From Peribolospora baueri (taxonomy: Eukaryota): a DNA stretch of 38,648 nucleotides. Below the pieces are notes generated by a model. It was not told where the DNA came from. It made no database searches and saw only the letters and a list, made by a program, of their open reading frames with translations. The position numbers were made by a program, and so were the translations under genes. The first letter of the stretch is position 1; every line of letters begins with the position of its first letter. The stretch covers positions 1 to 38,648 of the forward strand of contig JAMDHS010000133.1 in the NCBI GenBank assembly GCA_029717555.1, read 5' to 3'. This document shows positions 12,601-24,125 of this stretch, in pieces.

Positions 12601-15600
12601 AGTCACCACACACTGTCAATTGGGCGTCCGGGTTCTGTGCCAGCTCAGTCAGCTCGGCGACCAACTTGGCCTCCTGACCTCGTTGGTGCCAGAGAACGCG
12701 GGACGTGCGATCGTCGCCGCCGTACCTCCCATTGGCGCCGTCTACGGGATCAGTCCAAGCTGGGTCGAGACGCGCCTCAAAGACCATACGGCGGAGATGG
12801 GTGCCGGCCTCGTCTCGCATGCCGACAAAGCGGTCGAAACCGTGCCGTTGAAAGTGGGACTGCCACTGTTCGCAGGTCTGAAGGGGGTGGGAACGCGAAT
12901 CCGCGAAGCCCCACCAATCTTTAAGAGTGCCGAACAGAAAATTGAGGAAGGCGGTGCCGGGTGCCCGGGCGCGCTCGAGCCCGCCATCCGCCTCAACGAC
13001 GAGGACAAACCCGCCGGGAACGAGGAGAGACCGCGTGGCCGAGATGGCCGCGTCGAGATTCTTGGCGACATGCATCGTGTCGGCCATGACGACGATGTCG
13101 AACGACCGCGGCAGCACGCCCGACTGAGGCCTGTCGGCGTTGAGATCGAACAGCGCCGTCGACACGCCGCCGTGCTCGATCGTTTCTGCCGCGGTGCGGG
13201 CGAGGTGGGCGGACACGTCCGTGATCACCCACTCCATTTCCAGGTCTGGCTGCTCCACGAGGACTTCTGACCATGCGCGAGAGAGTAGCCGTGTGAGTTG
13301 ACCAGTGCCCGCCCCGAGTTCGGCCACCTTGATAGCACGCTTGCCGGCCGCGGCGAGGAAGCGGACGGTCTGGGCGAAGAGGTTGGCGGCGTTGTGGAAG
13401 GACTGGTCTGCGCTGGCCTCGGACTTGTAGTAGTGGGTCATGACGTCGTCGCGGAAGAGCGCCTCGACGGCCGCTCGGTCATCGATCAAGACCTTGTTCC
13501 AGATGCTCTCGAGCCTACGGGCGATCTCGTAGTGATGTGGATGACGGTCTTTCAACGGCGCGAGCTGCGCCAGAGACGAACCCTGCTTATCCACGGAAAC
13601 CCGTTGGGCCAACGAGGACAGCCAGGCGTAGTGCCTCTTACGGTCGATGAGGTCGCTCGGCTGGGATCCAGAGGAGATGATCCGACGAGCCATGGCGGAG
13701 GCCCATGCGTCCAGGGCTTTGTAAGTCGGGAGCATCGAGTCCACGGGCATCGGAGCTCGTGCGGATATCGCGGCCCGCTCGAGGTCGAAGGGTCCGACGT
13801 TGGCCCACGGCTGCCAAATCTCGGTGATGGCGCCAACGTGGGGGTTGGCCGCGTTGGAGAGACGCTGAAGCCTGAAGCCGTCCACAGTGAAGAGGACTAC
13901 ACCGCGGAGGTCAGTGGCGACCACGTTGAACTCCATGCGATCGGGCTCGAGCAGCGTACGGGTGACGTGGGACAAGAAGGACGGCTCGGAAGGCCGCCCG
14001 TACAGGCGGACGCGCCTGGCAAAAGAGGGCAGGAAATAGTCGAGCATGTACCCTCCTAGATCGGAGCAATAAGGGAAGACCAGCGCGGCGGCGGCTTGCC
14101 AAGCGGCGTCGAGGATGGCGGGATGAAGGCGGTACGACCCATAGCGATCGAGATCACCCACGTTGCCGCGGACAACGCCGAGGGCCTCCGAGTAATCCTC
14201 CCGGAAATGGGCCACCTCCACGCGACAGAACTTTGCGCCAAAATCGAACCACTTGCCAAACTTGCTGGTCGTTTGGCCGAACCCGTAGAACTCGTCCCGT
14301 TCGACCCGCAACGGGCAACGGGAGCGGACGGTTTCGAGGTCGACGGGAGGCGGTCTAGCTGAAGGCGCTCCGCCGACTAGAGTGCCGTCTGCGACGAGGC
14401 GGTCGAACGTGACGTTACCCTATGGGAAAAAGCAACGCCAAGAAGGAAGTCAGGCGGGCGCCAACAAAGAAGGAAAAGACCATGCCGGGCTCGGCTCACC
14501 ATTCGCGTCGCTTCGTCCATGCCATCCCGCTTGGCGAGCTCGGTCGAGGTCCGCACCGTGTAGGTCGGCCCGTCGCGCACGACTTGGACGGTCATCGCAA
14601 TGTCCTTGGGCGTACTCAGCGCGCTGTAGAAATTAGCGTTCTGGATCTCTTGTACACCAAACTCAAAGCCCATCTCGACCAGCGCTGAAGCGGGCACGAT
14701 GGCCTGGCCATCGATGATGTGGTCCGCGAGGTCGGGATGGGTCATCTGCGAGAGCCGGAGGCGAGGATGACAGAGTGGCTTCCACGCCTCTACGTGCTTG
14801 GAAAGGTAGCCCGGGCCTTGAAGTATTCTACGCGCTTTGCGGTATGGATAGGCGACGACCGAGCGGCCGAAGGTAGGCGGGGACGCCGGGCACGGGTCCC
14901 GCATGATCAGGTCGAAGTGCACATCATCGACACCCTCCATCCAAAGGTCTCCAATGGCCTGGAGCAATGCCACTCCTTCCGCCTTGGCGCACTCGTCGGC
15001 GTCGCGCCAGTCGGCCGCTCTCCGAGAGACGGTGCACACGTGTGCCGTCCCTAGCGTCTGTGCGACGTACGGCGCGAGGGCGGGGTGGGCGGACAGCTCG
15101 ACAAAGACCGTCGATCCGGGACCCGCGCGGCTGGCGACGGTCTGGATGGCGTCCGAGAACAGGACCGGCTTTCTAGCGTTGTCCCACATGTCGTCCGGCG
15201 TTGCGAACGAGCCCGACGGAACGAATCGGCCCGTGACGGTCGAAACGAACGGCTTTCGATGGACGGCCTTGCGCTCGGACAAGCCCTCGAAGACGGCATG
15301 GACGCCGGACACGTAAGTCTCGCGACACCGGTCCACGAGCTTCGAGTGAATGGGTGTGCGGGTGCGCAGCAGGCCCGCGGAGTAGCCCCCAGCTTTGGCC
15401 TCGTCGACAAACGCAGAGAGAGGAGCTGCAGCACCAGAGACGAGATAGGCGTCCGGGCCGTTGAATCCGGCGATCTCCAACTCTTGCTGGCCCTCGAGGA
15501 GCGGCAGGAGCTGAGCCAGGGGAGCGTGGAAGTAGGCCATGGAGCCGGAGCCTTCGATCTCTTTGAAAGCTCGGCCACGGGCCACGGCGAGCCGGACGAC

Positions 15601-18245
15601 CGTCTCGCGCGAGCAAGCGCCGGTGGCGTAGAGCAAAGCAGTCTCTCCGGCGCTGTGGCCGACGAGAAGATCCGGTCTGATGCCGAACGAGACGAGGAGG
15701 TCGAAGAGGGCCATCTGAAGCACGGCGATGGCGGCGAGGGTAACGTCGATCGACCAAGCAAATGTGTCCGCCGCTGCTCCCGGCGATGGGGTCGCGAAGA
15801 GTCCATAGTCTCGGACGAGGGAGACGCCCATCTCCTCGCTGTAAGCGGCGTCGCCTCGCAAAACCGCTTCGCGAAAGACATCGTACTTGGCGAATAGGCA
15901 TCTTCCCATGCTGCAGGAGCAGAAGGAAGGAGAGAGAGTCAGCTTCTGCATTAGCAAGGGTGAAGGCGGCGCAAGCGACTCACTGGAAATGCTGAGGTCC
16001 CTGACCGGAAAAGAGAAAGACAATCGTCGGAGTGACGTCCGGCCGCGCCCTGGGCTCGGCGAAGCGGAGGTTCTGCCTTTGAGCGTCAAATCCGGTGGCG
16101 AAAGAGCGGAACGGCATGGCGCGAGCGGTTCGAGCCATGGCCAAGAGGGGGACGTCTTCGGAGGTCTCTTTCCACTCGTCTGCGATCGCCAGGAGACTCC
16201 GGTGCGTCAACGCACCGACGCAGAACAGGCTTGGCGTCCGCGAGGAGGACATGCGGCGCACACATCCCGCGCCGTTACCGTTCGCGAGCAGGGCACGATG
16301 TGCGCTAGGAGCGGCTTCGAGCACGACGTGGGCGTTTGCCCCACCGAAGCCGCTGCTGGCGACCGAGACGAGCGGCAGTGGCTTGCCTGCCGTATCGACC
16401 TCGGCAACCTCAGTGCAGACGCGAAGATCGTACTTTGCCCAATCGACGGCCGAGGTCGGAGTGGCAAAGTTGATGTTGGGGAGGAGCTGTCGGGAGGAGA
16501 GAACGTAGCACATCTTGACAATGGAGACGAGGCCCGCCGCCAGCTCGGTGTGTCTACGGAAGGCCGAGTTGGTCAGTTGCGGGGCGAGGCACGCGTGGTG
16601 GTGTCACGGAGGAACTCACCCCACGTTGGACTTGACCGAGCCGACCGACAGCGGTCGTCGCCGTCGGTGCTTCTGGAAAGCGAGCTCGCCGATCGCCGCG
16701 AGTTCTGCAAACGGGGAAGATGAGCAGGTGATGTGGAGGATCAGTCGACACATCAGATCTGCTTACCTGTGCTATCGCCCACCTTGGTGCCGGTACCGTG
16801 AAGCTCGACGAAATCAACGTCTTCGAGGTCACGCGCGGCCGCTCGGTAAGCTCGTGTGATGACGTCTTGCTGAGCGGGACGGCTCGGGGAGACAATGGAT
16901 AGCCCGCGGCCGTTCGAGTTGATGGCCGAGCCGAGGATCTGCAGGGCCGATGAGAAGGAAGGAAGAAGCGAATTGAAAGGAAGACAATGGAACGGAATTG
17001 GGGGTGGAGGCTCACGTTGGCGTAGATGCGGTCGCCGTCAGCGACCGCCTTTGAGTATGGTTTAAGGATGAGCGCTACGGCTGCCTCGGACCGCACGTAA
17101 CTGGAGTGAAGGACCGCGGTCGCAGGAGGGAGGTATGAGATGAGCGAAGAGGCCTCTCAAGAAGAACCGGGAGCGTTACTTGCCCGTCTGCGGCTTGATC
17201 AAACGGGGAACAGGTGCTGGTTGGAGAAAGGACGCCGAGCTTGGAGAAGCCGATCCAAGACTCGAGACTGCGAGGGACACGCGAGAAGGGAGACGGGCGG
17301 TGAGGTTAGACAGAGAGGATGATCGAGCTTCTTTGAACAGTCAACCGGGACAGCGGACACCGCACCCACTCTCCGATCCAGTTGGCGGCGGCGACGACGG
17401 CCTGGCAGCACTCCCCTGCAAGGAGGCCGCGGACGGCCAGATGAAGGCCGACCAGGCCCGCGGAGCAGGCGGTATCGACGGGGAAGCTGGGGCCTTTGAG
17501 ATCGAATATGAAGGAGATACGGTTAGCGAGCATGGTCGATGCGATGCCGGATTCGTAGTACTCGTCCGCGGCGTAGAGGGCGTCGTCCCAATTCTCTGCC
17601 CCCGCCGGCGGGTTGGCGGCGCCGACATAAACGCCGGTGTCGGAGCCACGGTAGTCGACGCCGGCGTCGCGGAGTGCGTCGAAAACGGTGGAGATGAGGA
17701 GGAACTGGACGGGCGTCATCTTCTGGAACTCGCGCGCGTTGATGCCAAACTCGGTGTGGTCGAACTCTTCCGTGCCGGAGAGAAAGCCGCCGGAGTCGGG
17801 CAGGACCTGTCCTTGGCCCTTTCCGTGCCACCTGTGTTCATGCGGTGGAAGAAGAAGAGGAGGACGGACGAGCGGGGTAGGCGAGAGGTTGGGGAGGGGT
17901 GGGGGAGGGGCGTCACATGCGTCAGTGCACGGACTCGTGGCCAGTGGCCGTTCAGACGAAGGAAGCTGCTCACGCATCGATGTTGAACCGTTCCTTCGGG
18001 ATCCGGGTGATTGACGACCCTGGTGACGCCGACCGAGAGGAGAACACCGTGAGACAGAGCACGACGCTCCCGAAGGGGGGAGAGGGCCTGGAGCTGGCCG
18101 GTGCCTGCTCACCTTTGTTCCTCAGGAATTGCTCAAAGCTGACCTTGTCGAGGTTGGGGCCGTTGCCGCCGTCGGGCAGATGGCAGGCGAGGCCGACGAT
18201 CGAGATGGCCTCCTTGCCAGCATAGCTGAGGTCGTCCAGAGACAT
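9662..18245 (-). CDS. Highly reducing iterative type I polyketide synthase, KS-AT-DH-cMT-ER0(degenerate)-KR-ACP-TE
   Basis: KS: VDTACSAG, ELHGTGT, KSNVGHTE (C-H-H triad, last motif spanning an intron). AT: FSGQGPQ, GHSAGE, TPIHS. DH: LADHIIDGQAIVP and LHPAILDA. MT: ELGAGTG and DTMHVA. KR: GGCGGLG and GQATYTIAN. ACP: YGLDSL. TE: FLFPGAGG, GFSFG, SHYSIL. The 5' half is intron-rich and the 3' exon is ~4.75 kb. Confidence 0.95.
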
Positions 18246-18277
18246 GTAGTAGAGAGCTGCCGGTGTGGAGCGAAGCG

Positions 18278-18289
18278 AGGGTTAGGGTT
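18278..18289 (-). promoter_or_regulatory. Telobox-like AACCCTAACCCT motif ~35 nt upstream of the PKS ATG
   Basis: + strand AGGGTTAGGGTT at 18278-18289. A regulatory role is speculative. Confidence 0.25.
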
Positions 18290-20082
18290 GTCGTTATCAC
18301 TTCGGAAGCGGGGTTGAAAGGGGAAGAAGGAGGGTGGAGGAGTGGAGGAGGGTATATGGGTGTCGTCTTGAACCTGGCGAAGCGAATGTGTGCGAGCAAT
18401 CGAATGGCATTGGCGCCAAGCTGTCGGAGATCAGCCTGCGCGGTCACCGGTGCCTCGATACAACACTCGTCGAGCACATGTTGTGGCGCGAAGCTAAGAC
18501 TCAGCGAGGGCAACCGCAAGCTTGCTTCTTCGCTGCTTTCGGCAGTGCTTGGAAGTCGGCCTGGCGCCCGGCTGTGAGCGGCACACCGTAAGCAAAGTTG
18601 ACTCGGTGCTCTCCCGCATGTCCCGGTTTCTGCACCAACCCGCGAGGTCGGGACAGGGGCCACAGCCACCATCCTCACTGATGGCTGCCATGGGCCGTGG
18701 CAGCACATCAAACATCCCGAAGATGGGGGCTCTAAGGGCATTGGGCTTGGAGTCACGGAGTCTGTCTGTCTATCTATCGGCCAGCGCTGGTCACTGCGAC
18801 TGCGACCGCCAATCTGACTGTCACTACTTCCGCCTCGGCGCCGTGGGGGATAGCTGCCGTTCTGGGGCGGGTGCGCTCGGTGGGCGTCTCGGTTAGTACG
18901 AGACTGTTCGAAAGTTCGACGCATGGACTGGAAGGGACGCGGTGGGATGCTGAGAAATCGCCGGGCCAGGCGGTAGGCAATTGGGGGCCGTCGGCCATTG
19001 AGAGCCGGCGGAGGGCGGGCACGAGCAAGGAAAACATGGGAGCTCCTGTTTAGATTTCGACGACAGCGAGCCAGCGGCAGGAAGAGAACGTGGACGATGG
19101 CTGCAGACGATAGCCGCCGATGCTGCTCGCTTACCGCAGCCGCAGGAAGTGTGCACCGCGCCTGCTATGGACGCAAGGATAACGCCAGCAGCAGCGAGCC
19201 TTAAATGTCGGAAGGACAAAAGATTGACGTTCTCTGTCCGCCTTGTAGCACCATAGATCAGACAGACAAACGGACATTTGTAGGGCGTGTTTAATAAGCA
19301 CGGCGAACAGGACTCGAGCGGCTCGGTGGAGCTTGACGCCGTCGGCATTGTGAGGCCGTGAGTGGTGTACAGGGCATAGGCAAGCGACCAGGGAGAGGTG
19401 CATGCCGTGCACTCGAGCACTTCGCGCCTAGCGGACGTGAGGCAGTGAGGGGGGTGGAGTGGAGCCGGATACGAGGCTAGCACACGAATTGATCAGAGGG
19501 AGGTACATGCGGCTTCTCTTTGTACTTGGGCAGGTCGCGCTTGCAGTATTCTCATGGGCCCGGATCCTGCCGGATGTTAAGTACGAATGCGATCAAGGGG
19601 CCGGCTTTTACGGCACGACCTGTGCGGTCAGACGTCTCATGACCCGTGACGACATCGCTCCAAAGCGGTGCTCATGGTGACTGCCGCCAGCGTTGGTCTG
19701 CAGCTGGGAGAAGCGGAGTTCCACCATTAGCGCGGCCCACTCATCAATGTCGTCGACCGGTCGTTGCAGGTGGCTGCAGCCAGTGTATCGGCACCATTCG
19801 GGCCATGCAGTATGTACGATCGTCGAGAGCTTGCGAGACTAGCCCAAGCGCTGGCTCTCTCGCGGCCATACCCGCCTCCAACGCGCTTTCATTTGCCAGA
19901 ACGACGCATGCGTTCAAGCCGGACTGGTCCTTTCGACAATCTCACTCAATCAGGGGATTGGGCCGATGCTCCTGCACTCATCTCCTTCTTACGAAACGGT
20001 GCTATTGGGATACTGTGAAATTGGGAACTGCTCCATACATCTAGACTTTCGTCGGAGACCAGGCTGGACGGGGGCAGCCACA

Positions 20083-21589
20083 TCAGGTCGCCGGCTGGGG
20101 GACGGCCAAGACGAGCTTCTTCCCTGGTACCTTACCGATGCGGGGCCAGGTGGTCTTGATGACCTCGAGCCAGCGGGACGTTTCCTCGACCTGGACGACC
20201 TCGGGCACGCTGGGGACTATTTTGCCCTCCTCCAGAAGGCTCGGAATTTTTGCCCACACCTTCGCCCCGAACTGTTGATGCGGGTAGCTGAACTCGAAGC
20301 GGGGAATATGCGCCGGGTCCTGACCGAGCAGAATAGCGGCACCAAAGGGGGACATGTCGATGCCTTTCTTGGCCAGCTCCTCGGCGTCTGGGAAGCCGTT
20401 TTCGTTCCCAACGATGGTGAGGCGCGACCGAAAAGACGACGCCCCCGGGTCGACGCACTCGAGGACGGCCGGGGTGGCCAGGTGCGAGCCAAAGGCGTCG
20501 ATCACCACCGCCGCACCCTTGGACAGGTCCGCGTCACTGCTGAGGATAGATCGGATCTCCTGGGCCGCCGAGGGGGAGCGGTAGTCGACCGTGTGGGTCG
20601 CACCGACCGACTTGAGTAGGTCGAACACTCTCGGCGAGGCGGCTGCGACGACGGGCGTGTTGGCGGGGACGGAGAGGCGGGCGAGCTGAACGGCATAGAA
20701 GCCCACGGCCGAAGAGGCACCCCAAACCTTTTCGAGACGGCGAGCAGGAATGAGTGGAGAAAAGAGGAACTCATGAGAGAACCATGAGATGCGAAACGAA
20801 TCGACCCAAGGCGATCACTCACAACCACGGCTGCTACCGGCTCCTTGAGCGTCTGGGGCAGGGCGACGTCTTCGCTAAGGACGGCCTTGGTGGACAATCC
20901 GGCGCCGACGAACACGCCGGCGGCTGCCGTCGATAGAGTCAGCGGGACATTGACCGCCTTTTCGAGCGAGACCGAGTCGGGCACCTTGGCCGTCGTGTTG
21001 ATCGGCGCGACCGCATACTGGGCGTACCCGCCCTGGGCGAAAAGCCAGGAGCAGACACGGTCGCCGACTTTGAGGCCCGAAGCTTCGGCACCTTCGCCGA
21101 GCTAAGGGCGAGTGCGGGGAAGAGACACGAGGGTTCGACGACTTTGACTGAGGAAGACCGAATGTCGAGGATAGGGTCCGCTCACCTCGGCCACTGTGCC
21201 GGCGACGTCTGCGCCGAGAATGTGGGGCCAGGCTCTGACCAGGAAGCCGGCCTTTTGTTGGAACTAGACGGTAGACAAACGGCGAGAGGAGGAACGTTGG
21301 TCAGCTGTGCAATGGGGAGGATAGCGAGGACAAAACGGCGTGCGCCAGCCAGGCTCACCGGGTCTATGGGGTTCACTCCCGCGTACTGTACCTGCGGAGA
21401 AGAGGCGAGGGTGCGCCAGCCGGAATAAGACGGGTCAGCGCATGGATTCCTGATTCAACGAGACGGGCCGGCGGTTCGGTAGCTCGCCTTGATGAGGACC
21501 TCGTCCTTGCCGGGTTTGGGGATTTCGAGGTGAGACAGGACGGGGTCTTTGCCGAGCTCAGGCAGCTGGACGACAGCGTTGAGGGGCAT
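20083..21589 (-). CDS. Stand-alone (trans-acting) enoyl reductase-like MDR oxidoreductase (LovC/ToxD-like)
   Basis: Spliced product: MPLNAVVQLPELGKDPVLSHLEIPKPGKDEVLIK|VQYAGVNPIDP|...WPHILGADVAGTV...LKVGDRVC...GGYAQY...KVPDSVSLEKAVNVPLTLSTAA...VWGASSAVGFYAVQLA...ASPRVFDLLKSVGATHTVDYRS...GKVPGKKLV. It has the WG(A)SSxVG nucleotide-binding motif and lacks the Zn-ligand cysteine cluster. Confidence 0.88.
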
Positions 21590-22219
21590 TTCGAAGAGCC
21601 TGCGTGTAGTTGAACGAAAAGGAAGAGGGAGCTTTGGCGAGGCGGGGCGATGAAGACGTCCAGGTATTTAATCGCAGACCTGCCGGCGGGCATTCATCAA
21701 TTTCGATAGAAGTTGTAGTGAAAGGGATGTTCAATATCGAGAAACCTCGTCTTTAGTGCGCACACTCTTGCAGCCGCCTAAGCTACTAGGCGGAAGAAAA
21801 AGTACCCCGGTGTCACCTTGGCCGTTCCGTTCCAACTCGGGACGATCGCTCAAACGTCCATATGACCTTGACCTTTGGAGTCGGATGCAAACCTAAGCCT
21901 TCTCAATCATCTCACGCCACATCGCTACCCTCCGACTGCCAACCTGCAGTTGCGTCCGCTCCAAGTGGGCAACGCTGCAGGTGTGAGGACTCAGCCTCGC
22001 TTTCCGTCAAGTCGACCATGCCCCTTGGCCCGCCGGCAATCCGGATGGGGTCGTCTGAACAGCGCTTTCCCGGCGCGCTGCACATAGCCCTTCTGTTCGG
22101 ACCGGCAGCCAGGCTCCCTCCCTTCCTCTCTCTTCCACCATTCCTTTCGTCTCCCTCGTCGCACTCAGTTCGACACACACTCTCTCTGCCATCGCCATTA
22201 TCACAGCACGTGCTCGACC

Positions 22220-23140
22220 ATGACCGTTGCCCCGAAGACGAGGGCGGCCCCCGGGCAGTCGTCGTCCAAGCTGTCCTGGCTGTACATGGCCTCCCCCGTG
22301 CTCTTCCTGCTGCCGTACTGCCTTCTTGAGCTGACCCGGTACTGGACTTTTTCGGACGAGGAGAAGGAGGCCTTCCATAGGTCCTTCGACGATCTGCCCG
22401 CTTTGACCACGCTGAGGGAAGCGGTGAGCTCGCAGCGGCTACTACTCGTGCGCTCAGAGAAGCCAGCTGACCCCCGACGACCCGTCCGGTATGTCTCTGC
22501 CCCCTCTTCCCTCCTACAGAACGGGCACACCCCGATGGAAAAGTATGACGCCCGTCCGCTCATCTCGCACCACATGCACTTTGCTCCTGGTGTGCTCTGG
22601 TCCATCCTCATGCCGCTCCAGTTCACCTCGCGCGTTCGCGCACGTTGGCCAGCTCTCCACCGCGCCTCAGGCTATGTCTTCTTCTCCTCCTCGCTCTCCA
22701 TCTCGCTCTCCGCTCTCTATTTCAACTTGTCCGGCATCCTCTACTCCCACCCGAACCGTCTGCATATTGCCTGGGGCTTTGTGCCGACCGTGTCGATGCA
22801 GAACTTTGTCATGAACCTCGTCTTCCTCGGCACCGTGCCCCTCGCCGTGCAGGCAGCCAAGGAGCGTCGATTCGGAGACCACTACTGCTGGATCGTTCGG
22901 CACACCGGCATGGGCGTCGCCGCTGCGTTTCAGCGTCCCCTCATCATCGCCGGCAGTCTTTTTGGCGACCGGTTCAGGGACTGGATCGACGTGCCCGTCG
23001 GTCCGGACGCCTACGCGCTCGAGAGAGACTGGTTCGCCTTCACCGTCTTCGCCAGCCTTCTCCTCGCCGTCGTCACGGCCGAGATCCTCGTGGCGCGCCA
23101 CAGGCGAGGGCGGCGGCCTGCGAAGGAGCGGTTGTCGTGA
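22220..23140 (+). CDS. Intronless multi-pass membrane protein, DUF2306-like
   Basis: 306-aa ORF with several hydrophobic segments. The motif H..PG.LW..L.PLQF...VR.RWPALHR.SGY.F and a later H..W..RH segment match my recollection of the DUF2306 family. Confidence 0.75.
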   Translation: MTVAPKTRAAPGQSSSKLSWLYMASPVLFLLPYCLLELTRYWTFSDEEKEAFHRSFDDLPALTTLREAVSSQRLLLVRSEKPADPRRPVRYVSAPSSLLQNGHTPMEKYDARPLISHHMHFAPGVLWSILMPLQFTSRVRARWPALHRASGYVFFSSSLSISLSALYFNLSGILYSHPNRLHIAWGFVPTVSMQNFVMNLVFLGTVPLAVQAAKERRFGDHYCWIVRHTGMGVAAAFQRPLIIAGSLFGDRFRDWIDVPVGPDAYALERDWFAFTVFASLLLAVVTAEILVARHRRGRRPAKERLS

Positions 23141-24125
23141 CCGTTCTCACATCGCTTCTCTTTCGGTCCACCCGTCCTTCTTTGCCTTCCCCCGTTGCCA
23201 TCTGACTCACCACTTTCTCCTGTACTATACTGTTTGCAGGCAGCACATGCGAAGGTCCATTTTAATACCGGCGCGAGCCTTCCTATGATCTCTTCGTTGT
23301 CCACTTTGCATTCTTGCCTGTCTAGCCAGGTCACCCCCAATGTCGCACTGCGCTCGAGCACGGTGCTCCGCCTAACCCGAGTACAGGCGTGAATCGACGG
23401 GAATAGGGTCATGTGCCACGGGGGGTGATCTTGTAGTACTTGCTTGCCATGTATGGTATCCAGGAGCTAGGAAGTGAGACGTCGCCGCCTGCCGACGGGA
23501 TCTAGGAATAGCGTCGGCTCCGGCGGCAGCGGGGCGAGGCCGAGTGCCACAGATCAGTACTCGGTCAGTATTCGAGTGCCACAGATCATCAGTGTAAGAT
23601 GGAGTAATGGGCCCGCCAGAGTCATACCCGTGACGGCCTTGAGCGAGATAGCGTGTCGAGCTAGGGTGAGCCTAGTCCACGCATCCACGCACCCCCTCTC
23701 GCCTCCGCCATGTGCTCCGGGTCCTCTCAGCTGACACCACCACGACGTGAAGTGCTTTCGCTCCATGCGGTCCGGGGCGGTGCTGCTGCCGCTCCTGCGC
23801 CGGCTCACCGCACCCTATTTCGTTATAACCCCATCCAGGCCGCATGCTCAAGGCGATTAAACGGGACCGGTCAAGGGGACGCCAGCGGGACAGAGGGACA
23901 GGCGGTGAAGCATCTCCTCCTTCGTCTCCTCCTTCCTCCCGTCCCTCTTCCTCTTCCTCTTCCTCTTCCTCTTCCGCAATCGACTTTGGCGGCATTGCCT
24001 CGTCTCGGCCCCCTCACCTTTCTTCCTCATCTTCTCCACCACCTCCAGCGGCAGCAAACCAGCACCAACGCCAGCTCCAACGTCGACATCCCTCCAGCCG
24101 GTGGTCGTAAAGCGACAAAACAGCC

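Noticed and set aside
10167..17986. Numerous long + strand and alternate-frame ORFs (e.g. 10980-12098, 13298-14059, 15085-15897)
   Set aside because: These are antisense/shadow ORFs of the GC-rich PKS coding sequence.
18300..20050. ORFs of 100-260 aa between the PKS and the trans-ER
   Set aside because: They have no motifs or convincing splice structure, and the region is best explained as the PKS promoter/intergenic DNA.
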